A stretch of 64,000 nt of DNA from a bacterium (GTDB taxonomy: Bacteria > Fidelibacterota > Marinisomatia > Marinisomatales > UBA1611). The translations under genes were made by a program, and so were the position numbers. The notes under the pieces were generated by a model. That model did no database searches. It saw nothing but the letters and a program-made list of their open reading frames with translations, and was not told where the DNA came from. Positions within the stretch are counted from its first letter, which is position 1, and every line of letters starts with the position of its first letter. Of the stretch, positions 37,586-46,159 are shown piece after piece. The stretch spans positions 37,468 through 101,467 of the forward strand of contig SGYO01000006.1 in the NCBI GenBank assembly GCA_004321745.1. The letters are read 5' to 3'.

Positions 37586-38733
37586 AGCGCCTTAGTTGCT
37601 AAAAACTTAGCTTTTTGGTCTTGATAATGTTTGTATTCTGGATTTCCTTGTATGCACTCATTTATAACTTTAATAGCCTCTTCTACTCTTCCTAATTTCC
37701 ATAGCACTTCTGCCTTAGTATCTAGAATCTTGAGGTCTTCCTTTATTTCAAGAGCATAATTTACTTTTTCTAAAGCTTCAGGCAAAAGCTGGCCTATTTC
37801 TGTCATACGCCAAGCAAAGCTATTCAAAAGGCTTGCAAGATGCTTATAATTTTCATCATATAGACTTACAGCTTTAAGGTAAAGCTGAGCCTCAAGAGAT
37901 GGGTCATTATCATTTTTCTTTAAAGTTCTTATCATTTGCCAATAACATTGTTTTTTTCTCGTTGTATCATTAGTGATATCAGCGTATGCCATTAGGTCAT
38001 CAATAGTATTATTTTTTTTAGCTTTATATAGAAGCCCATAAAAATAAGCTGATTCAGATGAATCTACACCTTGTTCAACAATTTGATCAAGAATATCAAT
38101 TGAAATATCGAGTTCGCCTATTCTATAATAAAGTTGACTAAGGTTATAAAAATTTTGGAATGTAAATGCATTATTAACTCTATGATAACTCTGAATATCG
38201 TCTAAATACTTCTTTGCTGAATCTTTAACATTCAGATCTATGTATTTTTTAGCTAAATCTATTTGAATTGTTATATCATCAGAATTTTTTGAATACTTAA
38301 GCTGAAGATCAGATAATGTATTCGTGCCATTTTTTATACGATTAAGCTCTTTTAAAAAATCCTCTGGCGGCAGATAGCCCACTATTCGATCTAGTTCATT
38401 TCCAGAATTATCAAGGATGATTATTGTTGGATAACCTCGCACACGATATTTTTCTTTTTGCTTAGGACCAGAACCTTTTTCTGCGTCTATCTTCAAAGAA
38501 ATCAAATGATCATTAGCAAAATCAATTATTTTTTCATCTGAGAAAGTATCGTTGTCCAAACGATCACACCATGTTCACCAATCAGTTTCAAAATCTAACA
38601 AAACCATTTTTTCAGAATTCTCATTAAGAACAACATCTAAATCATCATCACTCCAGGGATAAGATTCTTCTTGTCCACAACCTGAAAAAAATAATAAAAG
38701 AAATATTAAAACTATTGATTGAGTTTTTATCAT
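37582..38733 (-). CDS. thioredoxin-fold (Thioredoxin_7-like) + TPR lipoprotein with in-frame TGA at the redox motif: candidate selenoprotein (UxxC)
   Basis: The track starts the gene at TTG 38559. The same frame is open upstream except for one TGA (38577..38575) and reaches ATG 38733. The translation is MIKTQSIVLIFLLLFFSGC (lipobox) GQEESYPWSDDDLDVVLNENSEKMVLLDFETDW-[TGA]-TWCDRLDNDTFSDEKIIDFANDH...RVRGYPTIIILD. The TGA sits at the first Cys position of the WCxxC motif. The C-terminal ~250 aa are TPR-like. Confidence 0.65.
38546..38566 (-). promoter_or_regulatory. candidate bacterial SECIS hairpin downstream of the in-frame UGA
   Basis: The mRNA reads UGA ACAUGGUGUG AUCGUU UGGAC AACGAU AC. 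It forms a perfect 6-bp stem (38564..38559 with 38553..38548). The 5-nt apical loop UGGAC contains GG and starts 16 nt after the UGA. Two further pairs are possible if one G is bulged. Confidence 0.4.
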
Positions 38734-38759
38734 ATGTAATTTTAATTTTTTGAGCGAGA

Positions 38760-39158
38760 TTACAAATTTAATTTTTCTAAAATAAGTTTAGGCGCTTTTA
38801 AGGGTTTGTTTTTTGAATTAACAAATGCATGCTCTGTATAACCATCCACTAAAAGACTTAAATTATCTGCACAATTGATCTTATAATCAACGATTAATTT
38901 AGCTTTTGGTATAGTTTTAATAGTTGAATTTACGATTAATTCTTGTTCAAAATTTGCACCATTATAATACTTGCAGTAACTAGTGACAACTGGAAGCCTA
39001 ATACCAGCTTCTTCAATTTTAGTGACAGAAAGACCTATGGATTTAAGAAGTTCAGTGCGAGACTCTTCAAAATATTCTAAATATCTTGTATTATAAACGA
39101 TGCCCATTTGATCCACATCTCTGTAGTAAACTTTAATTCTATGATCGAAAGAAATCAT
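38760..39158 (-). CDS. acyl-CoA thioesterase, YbgC/4HBT family
   Basis: 132 aa. The N-terminal VYYRDVDQMGIVYNTRYLEYFE is the hotdog catalytic-Asp region. ATGA overlap with accA. Confidence 0.8.
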   Translation of the reverse strand: MISFDHRIKVYYRDVDQMGIVYNTRYLEYFEESRTELLKSIGLSVTKIEEAGIRLPVVTSYCKYYNGANFEQELIVNSTIKTIPKAKLIVDYKINCADNLSLLVDGYTEHAFVNSKNKPLKAPKLILEKLNL

Positions 39159-40111
39159 TTTTCATCTTCAAAAAATCCCATAGCATCATATCTTTCAATT
39201 CTTTTATCTATGAACATATCTGGTTCAGTAGCAGCAAACTCGCTCAGGCCTTCTAATAAAGCTAATTCTAAATTTCTTGATGAAGATTTTGGATCTCTAT
39301 GTGCGCCACCATTTGGCTCTGATATGATCACATCACAAACACCTATGTTTACCATATCATCTGGCGTTACTTTTAGAGCTTCAGCAGCCTCTTCTGCTTT
39401 GCTTGCATCTCTGAATAAAATAGATGCACATCCCTCTGGACTGATAACTGAATACCATGAGTTTTTCATCATTAAAAATTTATCACACACTCCAATTCCT
39501 AGAGCTCCTCCACTAGCACCCTCACCTATAACCACTGAAATTATAGGAACCTTCATAGCCGACATTTCAATTAAATTTTTTGCTATCGCCTCGCCTTGTC
39601 CCCTCTCCTCAGCACCAATACCAGGAAATGCTCCTGGAGTATCCATGAGTGTAATAATTGGAATTTTAAATTTCTCTGCCAATTTCATTACTCTAAGAGC
39701 TTTCCTGTATCCTTCTGGCTTCATCATACCAAAATTCCTATACAGATTCTCCTTTGTATTTCTACCTTTCTGCTGAGCAATTATTGCAACTTTCTTATCA
39801 CCTATTTTTGCAAATCCAGCTACTACTGCTGAATCGTCTGCAAATAACCTATCCCCATGAATCTCCATAAAATCTGCAAAAATAAGATTGATATAATCTA
39901 ATGCGTATGGTCTTTCAGGATGCCTCGCTAATTGAACCCTCTGCCATCTAGTTAAATTTAAGTGAATCTTGTTTATAAGCTTTAATCTGTCCTCATGAAG
40001 AAGTGCTATCTCTTTTGTTAATTCTGAAGACTTTTCTAAAATAGACTCTTTTAAGTGAATTTCTTCATCTAAAAGCCTAATCGGCTCTTCAAATTCTAGA
40101 TAGTATTTCAA
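39155..40111 (-). CDS. accA: acetyl-CoA carboxylase carboxyltransferase subunit alpha
   Basis: Highly conserved blocks ARHPERPY, DTPGAFPGIGAEERGQGEAIA and GEGASGGALG. Confidence 0.95.
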   Translation of the reverse strand: MKYYLEFEEPIRLLDEEIHLKESILEKSSELTKEIALLHEDRLKLINKIHLNLTRWQRVQLARHPERPYALDYINLIFADFMEIHGDRLFADDSAVVAGFAKIGDKKVAIIAQQKGRNTKENLYRNFGMMKPEGYRKALRVMKLAEKFKIPIITLMDTPGAFPGIGAEERGQGEAIAKNLIEMSAMKVPIISVVIGEGASGGALGIGVCDKFLMMKNSWYSVISPEGCASILFRDASKAEEAAEALKVTPDDMVNIGVCDVIISEPNGGAHRDPKSSSRNLELALLEGLSEFAATEPDMFIDKRIERYDAMGFFEDEK

Positions 40112-40140
40112 TTATTATTTCCTTTACATTCAAAAATATT

Positions 40141-42192
40141 TTAACCATTAATCAAAGTCTTTATAATTATTTCAATGTCTAATTTAAGGTTTTGGTTTTG
40201 AATGTAGTAGTGCTCAGCCGCTTTTCTTGTATCTGGACCTACTTTGATATTTCTTATTCTATCTAACCCCGTAATTCCAGGCTTACATAATATGTGAGGA
40301 TTTGCGTTTTTAGTGTCAATTAATGAGGAGCCCACTAAACTTATTTTTCCTAGCAATACATTAAATAAAAGCGGTATATCTTTCAAAAATTTAATCTTGG
40401 TATCAAAAATTCTAGAACTGATTATTTCAGCATTTTCTCCCCAAAAATCTATTTTGATTGCTTTCCCCAAAATAAAAAACCAAATGATTAATGGAGCAAA
40501 CAAAATAATCACAAAAACAGAAATTATAATATCGAAAATTCTTTTTGAAAACCTATGAAGTTTATGAAAAATATTGTACTCAATATTTATAAACGGAATC
40601 CCGCCTATATCCTCTATATTAGATTTCCCTAATAGTATGTCTTGCTCATTTGGAACCATTCTGTATGTTAACCTTAAATCTCTTGTAGAATCCATAAAAT
40701 CAAGAATTTCTTTATTTTTTAGCGCTGAAGAACTAAAAATAACTTCATTTACTTTATGGGTGTTTATTAACTGCCTTATCTCCTTAAATATTCCAATAAA
40801 TGGGATAGGTAGTTTTTCTTCTGATTTTGGATATCTCTTATCAACATAACCAATGATATCAAGACCTGTATCAAAACGTTTCAATATATTTTCAGCTATT
40901 CTAATACCTTCCTCATCTGAGCCAGCAATGATTGTTTTTCTTGAAAACAAAAGAGACTTCGATTGTGAGATTACCCCCAGATATCCCCTTGATATCAAGT
41001 ATCTGGTAAAAACCCGCCATCCAGGAATGAGAAAAGTAATGATAGCAAATGCAGTAATAATTACTAATCTGGAATATGCAAATTGATTAAAAAAATATGT
41101 AAATAGAACAGCTACAAGGAATCCTAGAACAGTTCCAATAAATGCTCTTGAATAAGATAGTATATATCTTGAGTACAAATTGAGCATCGCATACACTGAT
41201 ACCCAAAGTGCAACATATATAAACGGTACAAAACCTTGACTACTTAATATTGGCGTAAAGTTTCCAAATCGAAAATCTATAGCAAAAACAAAAGCACCTG
41301 TGATAAAAATAGAATCTAAAATAAGGGATATAATCATTGATTTTTTATCACTTACCGTTGATAAGAACTTATTTAGACGTATTCCTAAATGTATAAAAAA
41401 CTTTGATAGAACTCCTAAAGTTGAAGAATAATGCTTATCAACATATAAGTCCATAGCATGATAAAACGCTCGCTTGCTATCATATGGCGCTATATTTACT
41501 GATTTTCCTTTGTAATGAATGATTTTTGTTTTTGGATAATAATGAATTTGATAATTTTCTTTCCAAACTCGTAAACATATATCTATATCCTCACCAAACA
41601 TGAAAAATCTTTCATCAAATCCATTTATTTTCCTGAAAACACCTTCTTTTATCAGCATGCAGGACCCACTTATTGCATCAACAATATGATTATCATCTGG
41701 ATCTAAATAAGTTAAATTATATCTACCCATCCATTTTGATTTTGGAAACAATTTATCTAAACCAAAAATCTTTGGTAATGCAGTTTTTATTGTAGGGAAA
41801 GATCTTTTGCAGGATAATTGTAGGCTTCCATCAGAATTAAGAATTTTTGGCCCTACCATACCGATATTCTTATTTGACTCTATGTATTCAATTAAATCAT
41901 TGATCATGTCCTCTTCAATAATTGTATCAGGGTTCAATATTAAAAAGTAATCTCCACTGGCTATTTTTGCACCCTGGTTAACAGCTTTACCAAAACCAAC
42001 ATTTTCATCATTAGATATAATATTAACCTTTGGATATTTGTCAGAGACAATATCTACTGTATTATCATATGAGTTATTATCAACAACAATTATTTCATAG
42101 TTTGAATAATTGGATTTTAATATTGAATCAATGGCACTTACTAAGTACGAGCGTACATTAAAAGAAACAATTATAATAGATACTTTAGGCAT
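40141..42192 (-). CDS. fusion protein: N-terminal GT2 glycosyltransferase + multi-TM/CoA-binding-like linker + C-terminal Bac_transf (phosphoglycosyl transferase) domain with substituted catalytic motifs
   Basis: GT2 region: VSIIIVSFN..VVDNNSYD..LNPDT. The middle has 4-5 transmembrane helices. The C-terminus is KRIFDIIISVFVIILFAPL...IPLLFNVLLGKISLVGSS...KPGITGL...LDIEIIIKT. Confidence 0.7.
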   Translation of the reverse strand: MPKVSIIIVSFNVRSYLVSAIDSILKSNYSNYEIIVVDNNSYDNTVDIVSDKYPKVNIISNDENVGFGKAVNQGAKIASGDYFLILNPDTIIEEDMINDLIEYIESNKNIGMVGPKILNSDGSLQLSCKRSFPTIKTALPKIFGLDKLFPKSKWMGRYNLTYLDPDDNHIVDAISGSCMLIKEGVFRKINGFDERFFMFGEDIDICLRVWKENYQIHYYPKTKIIHYKGKSVNIAPYDSKRAFYHAMDLYVDKHYSSTLGVLSKFFIHLGIRLNKFLSTVSDKKSMIISLILDSIFITGAFVFAIDFRFGNFTPILSSQGFVPFIYVALWVSVYAMLNLYSRYILSYSRAFIGTVLGFLVAVLFTYFFNQFAYSRLVIITAFAIITFLIPGWRVFTRYLISRGYLGVISQSKSLLFSRKTIIAGSDEEGIRIAENILKRFDTGLDIIGYVDKRYPKSEEKLPIPFIGIFKEIRQLINTHKVNEVIFSSSALKNKEILDFMDSTRDLRLTYRMVPNEQDILLGKSNIEDIGGIPFINIEYNIFHKLHRFSKRIFDIIISVFVIILFAPLIIWFFILGKAIKIDFWGENAEIISSRIFDTKIKFLKDIPLLFNVLLGKISLVGSSLIDTKNANPHILCKPGITGLDRIRNIKVGPDTRKAAEHYYIQNQNLKLDIEIIIKTLING

Positions 42193-42193
42193 T

Positions 42194-42910
42194 TTATATA
42201 TGCCACCTGAATAGTTTCCAAATTCTCAATCTCCAAACCATAAAAATTGCTTCATAAACAATAGTTTTAGACATTTTTGATTGGCCGATTGTCCTATCGG
42301 AAAAAATAATAGGTATTTCTTTAATTATATAACTCTTTACCCAAGCTCTAAAATTCATTTCAATTTGAAAAGAATAACCTTGAGATTTAACCGAGTTTAA
42401 ATCTATATCAGATAATACTTTAGCTTTCCATGCTTTAAAACCACCTGTCCCATCCATAATTGGCATACCTGTAATAATTCTTGAGTATGCATTTGCTCCA
42501 TAACTGAGCATTAGCCTCCTAAGGGGCCAGTTTACAACGCTTATCCCATTTATATACCTGCTACCAATTACCACGTCATTGTTTTTGAGATTTTTCACCA
42601 TCCTAGGTAAATCTTTCGGGTTATGCGATAAGTCTGCATCCATTTGAATTATATTTTCATATTTGTTTTTCAAAGCCCATTTAAATCCAAAGATATAAGC
42701 AGTTCCTAGACCTGATTTTTTAGATCTTGTTTCAAGAAATAAATTTTTATAAACGCTCTGTAGTGATTTGACCTTATCCCCAGTTCCATCAGGAGAATTA
42801 TCGTCAACAATTAGTAAATGAAATTCTGGGTTTTCTCCAAGAACCAAATCTACTAGCTGTTGGATATTTTTTTTCTCATTATATGTTGGTGAGATGATTA
42901 AAGTTTTCAT
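42194..42910 (-). CDS. GT2 polyprenol-phosphate glycosyltransferase (dolichyl-phosphate mannose synthase-like)
   Basis: ISPTYNE..IVDDNSPDGT..QMDADLSH motifs; 238 aa. Confidence 0.8.
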   Translation of the reverse strand: MKTLIISPTYNEKKNIQQLVDLVLGENPEFHLLIVDDNSPDGTGDKVKSLQSVYKNLFLETRSKKSGLGTAYIFGFKWALKNKYENIIQMDADLSHNPKDLPRMVKNLKNNDVVIGSRYINGISVVNWPLRRLMLSYGANAYSRIITGMPIMDGTGGFKAWKAKVLSDIDLNSVKSQGYSFQIEMNFRAWVKSYIIKEIPIIFSDRTIGQSKMSKTIVYEAIFMVWRLRIWKLFRWHI

Positions 42911-42914
42911 TACA

Positions 42915-43769
42915 TTACTTTTTTAATTGATTCAAACAATGCTCAATTTTCGGAGGTTCAAGATTTAATATTTTTTCAGCATAAATTGTACTTAGACCGC
43001 CTTTCAAAGGTCTTAGTGCAGTCTGTTTAAGTTCTGCTGTTTTTATAGGCTCTATCAAGTCTTTTTTTAAATTAAATGATTCTGCTATCTTTAGAGCGAA
43101 TTCATACCTACTAATCCAATCGGCATCTCCCCAATGAATAAAACCATTAAGTTCTGTTTGAATGGCTCTATCAATTACAATTGCAAGTGACATAGTCCAT
43201 GTGGGATTGTTAATTTGGTCATCAACAACATTGATGACTTTTTCATCATTTAAAGAATGTACTATCCAGTTTAAAAAACTAGCATTAAAATTGCTTGCAT
43301 AGTCATATAAAACATTTGTTCTTATAATGAGACTATCATTTGAGTTTTTGGCCAAATATTGCTCTCCTTCTAATTTAGTCCGTCCATATTCATTGATTGG
43401 ATTTGCTGCATCTTCTTCAGAGTATTGCCCCTTAGCCCCATCAAAAACATAATCTGTTGATAGATGAATAATTGGTCCATTGAAAGAATTAACTAAATTT
43501 TGTACACCATGAAAATTAATTGAATTAGCAAGTTCTGGTTTTTTTTCACATAGGTCTACATCAGTTAATGCAGCTAGGTTTATAATAATATCAGGAGATA
43601 TAGTTGCGATTAGGTCTTTTGTTAAAATAGGATCTGTGATATCTAGAAAATAATCAGTTTTATTATATGTAGATCGAGATGTAGAAATAATTTCATATCT
43701 AGATTTAAATAGCTTTATAAGAGCTTGACCTAATTGGCCAGCTGAGCCTGTAATAAAAATTTTTTTCAT
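42915..43769 (-). CDS. rfbD: dTDP-4-dehydrorhamnose reductase
   Basis: Rossmann motif GSAGQLG, catalytic YGRTK, and the length and pattern of the RmlD family. Confidence 0.8.
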   Translation of the reverse strand: MKKIFITGSAGQLGQALIKLFKSRYEIISTSRSTYNKTDYFLDITDPILTKDLIATISPDIIINLAALTDVDLCEKKPELANSINFHGVQNLVNSFNGPIIHLSTDYVFDGAKGQYSEEDAANPINEYGRTKLEGEQYLAKNSNDSLIIRTNVLYDYASNFNASFLNWIVHSLNDEKVINVVDDQINNPTWTMSLAIVIDRAIQTELNGFIHWGDADWISRYEFALKIAESFNLKKDLIEPIKTAELKQTALRPLKGGLSTIYAEKILNLEPPKIEHCLNQLKK

Positions 43770-43775
43770 ATTAAT

Positions 43776-44780
43776 TTAATCAAAGCTTGTTTTGATCGAC
43801 TTAGCTATATATTCTAATTGCCTAATATACGCTGCCTTGCTTTTACCGGGGTTGTAGACTAGGGTATTGATGTGAAATGTTCTATCGGATTTATTATCAT
43901 AAAATATAAAAGATTGAAAAGGACCACCTTTTGCTTCAAGGGAATCAATAGAGGACCAAATTCCAGTACATCTCCAACCTGGATGTCTATTAAAATAAAT
44001 TTTTTCTAGATTAAACTTAAATTCATTAAAAGAAATACTTTCAAAATGACTCTCAGAGGATTTCCAAAGCTTTTGACCAACTGTAAGCTGATCAGTAATA
44101 ATATTGCCTTCCTCCCAATGAACCGAAAGCCATCGATAAGGATATTCTGCTCCCATCCAAAACAAGTTTTTCTTACCATCGCGTTTCAAAACTTCCCAGC
44201 CCCAAGGCACTTTTATGTTCCAGCTAAAGTCTGTTTTTAATTTATTTTCTTCATCTTCTTGAGAATCTTTGAAAAGGAATCTATTTGTTCTATTATTAAA
44301 CTGTTGATCAAAATGAGCATGCAATAATTCTTTATTTCTATTGAATTGATAATTTAAATGCTCTTCATCTACAGCATTTATTACAACAAATACCTGATCT
44401 TTAGCATACAAATCTCTATCTAGATACAATGAATTATCATCTTTAGAATTATATGATTGGTGTTCTGGCAAAAGCTTTTTAATTAATCTAAATCCAGAAT
44501 TTGAATCATTTCTATTCACAGCAACAATTATCAAGTGAGCATATTTTTTTAAATCATTAAAATCAGAAGGTCTGTTAAATATCAATTTGTAAGCAGGCTC
44601 AGGTTGAGGCGTAAACAATGTATCATTAAAAATAGATGATAAATATCTTCTGACCAATGGTTCATCTAATTGGCTGCAAACGACTCTGATTTCATCATCA
44701 AATCCAAGCGAATTCTTTTTCGAATTGCAAGATAAAGCTAAAATCAAAAGTAAAAAAATTGTTAGTCTATAGATTTTCAT
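43776..44780 (-). CDS. hypothetical lipoprotein (DUF4837-like)
   Basis: Lipobox ILALSC. The overall pattern is reminiscent of DUF4837 lipoproteins of FCB bacteria, recalled from memory only. Confidence 0.4.
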   Translation of the reverse strand: MKIYRLTIFLLLILALSCNSKKNSLGFDDEIRVVCSQLDEPLVRRYLSSIFNDTLFTPQPEPAYKLIFNRPSDFNDLKKYAHLIIVAVNRNDSNSGFRLIKKLLPEHQSYNSKDDNSLYLDRDLYAKDQVFVVINAVDEEHLNYQFNRNKELLHAHFDQQFNNRTNRFLFKDSQEDEENKLKTDFSWNIKVPWGWEVLKRDGKKNLFWMGAEYPYRWLSVHWEEGNIITDQLTVGQKLWKSSESHFESISFNEFKFNLEKIYFNRHPGWRCTGIWSSIDSLEAKGGPFQSFIFYDNKSDRTFHINTLVYNPGKSKAAYIRQLEYIAKSIKTSFD

Positions 44781-44806
44781 GTGTAAAACTAATATAAAAA
44801 CATTTT

Positions 44807-46159
44807 TTACAACCTAGTAAGCCATTTTATATGAACTTTGGCTTCATTAATTGTCGCTGTATAAGGTATCGCATACTCAATATTTATCAAAGCATTATTG
44901 GTTATTTTTTTAAGTCCAAAGCCATAACTTAGTTTTGGTTTATAATTCTTGGAAAATCCACTTTCAAGAAAAATTAATGAACTAATTGATTTTATACCAT
45001 TATAATGAAATTCAAATGTTGGTATTACAACATATGGAGATCTAAAAAGATTATCATCATATCCTCTTAAACTATTAACTCCGCCAAAAAGAACTTCTCT
45101 AGCTTTTCCAACATTATTTTCAAATGCATTAATGTACTCACCATAAAAATTAAAACATAAATTTACATTTTTTATTATTGGAGAATACTTTTTAAAGGCT
45201 TGTCTGTATCTAATGTATAAATTTTTAAATTCACTATCTTCTCCAATTTCTAATTCAAAGTTAGTCTGTGAACCCTTAACAGGCATAATCATATCATCTA
45301 GACTATTGTTTTTAAACATAAAAGCAAGCGCTTTATAATTCGATGATATAAAACCTCTTTCAAGTCCATTAACTGTGGTATTTATTGACCCTTGAGAATA
45401 TCCAGCATAAAATGAACCATAAAATGAATTTAACAACTCTACTTTAAGTTCATATTTTTTTTGAACGTAATCATTATTCACCAATTCATAATTAGAATTT
45501 AATATCAACCCTACCCCTCCTCTGAGAAAATGAGGTCGATGTAATTCAAAATTAAATTTTTGATTTATTGAATCAATCGCTATCCATTTGAAAATTAATT
45601 TTTCCATCGCGCCCCACACATTCTCAAAATGAGCATCAATTTCTCCATTATATTCCCAACGATCTTTTTGCGCCTTGGTTCCTCCAAAAAGTCCTGAAAA
45701 ATAATTATTAAATTTAGAATTTATGTCAACATGTAAGCCCAGCTTTTCTCTTTGATATTTAAAAACATTTATATCAGGGTTACTACGAATGAAATAATAT
45801 TTATTTATTATCGTTTTTTTCTTTTTTTCAATGGTTTTATTAGATCTTCTATCAATTTTAATGCCAGAAAAATTTTTAGCTACGTGCTTCAAATAGGATT
45901 GTTTAATTTTTTCATTAGAATTAATAATTACAGTATCAACATCATACGAGGCATACAAAGGTTGATAAGTAATTTCTTTAAATTCATTATTGTAATGCAA
46001 TATTTCATACTGCAAAGCCATTAAATTTTTATCAGAAAGTAATGAGTCTAAGGTCTGTTTAATAAGCACGCTATCAGGAAATTTAAATCTAATTTTTTCA
46101 GTTGAGTAAACAAACTGAACAATAAATAAAGTCCATAACAATGATTTACAAGTACGCAC
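44807..46159 (-). CDS. Omp85-family outer-membrane beta-barrel protein (short, at most one POTRA)
   Basis: Signal peptide. An L6-loop-like motif FGGVNSLRGYDD and a C-terminal YGFGLKK...INIEYAIP block are as in BamA/TamA/TpsB barrels. Confidence 0.65.
   Translation of the reverse strand: MRTCKSLLWTLFIVQFVYSTEKIRFKFPDSVLIKQTLDSLLSDKNLMALQYEILHYNNEFKEITYQPLYASYDVDTVIINSNEKIKQSYLKHVAKNFSGIKIDRRSNKTIEKKKKTIINKYYFIRSNPDINVFKYQREKLGLHVDINSKFNNYFSGLFGGTKAQKDRWEYNGEIDAHFENVWGAMEKLIFKWIAIDSINQKFNFELHRPHFLRGGVGLILNSNYELVNNDYVQKKYELKVELLNSFYGSFYAGYSQGSINTTVNGLERGFISSNYKALAFMFKNNSLDDMIMPVKGSQTNFELEIGEDSEFKNLYIRYRQAFKKYSPIIKNVNLCFNFYGEYINAFENNVGKAREVLFGGVNSLRGYDDNLFRSPYVVIPTFEFHYNGIKSISSLIFLESGFSKNYKPKLSYGFGLKKITNNALINIEYAIPYTATINEAKVHIKWLTRL

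Noticed and set aside
38557-38559. TTG start codon used by the ORF track for the thioredoxin-fold/TPR gene
   Set aside because: Starting here removes the signal peptide and the redox motif of a domain that is clearly encoded in frame upstream. The extension through the TGA to ATG 38733 explains the otherwise empty 175-nt gap.
38575-38577. TGA read as Trp or Gly (genetic code 4 or 25) instead of Sec
   Set aside because: TGA terminates conserved genes at coupled junctions elsewhere in the window (pxpB, pxpC, mreC). The aligned position is a catalytic Cys, not Trp or Gly.
39108-39776. 222-aa plus-strand ORF
   Set aside because: It is entirely antisense to the strongly conserved accA gene. Its low-complexity S/P/A/I-rich translation is typical of a shadow ORF.
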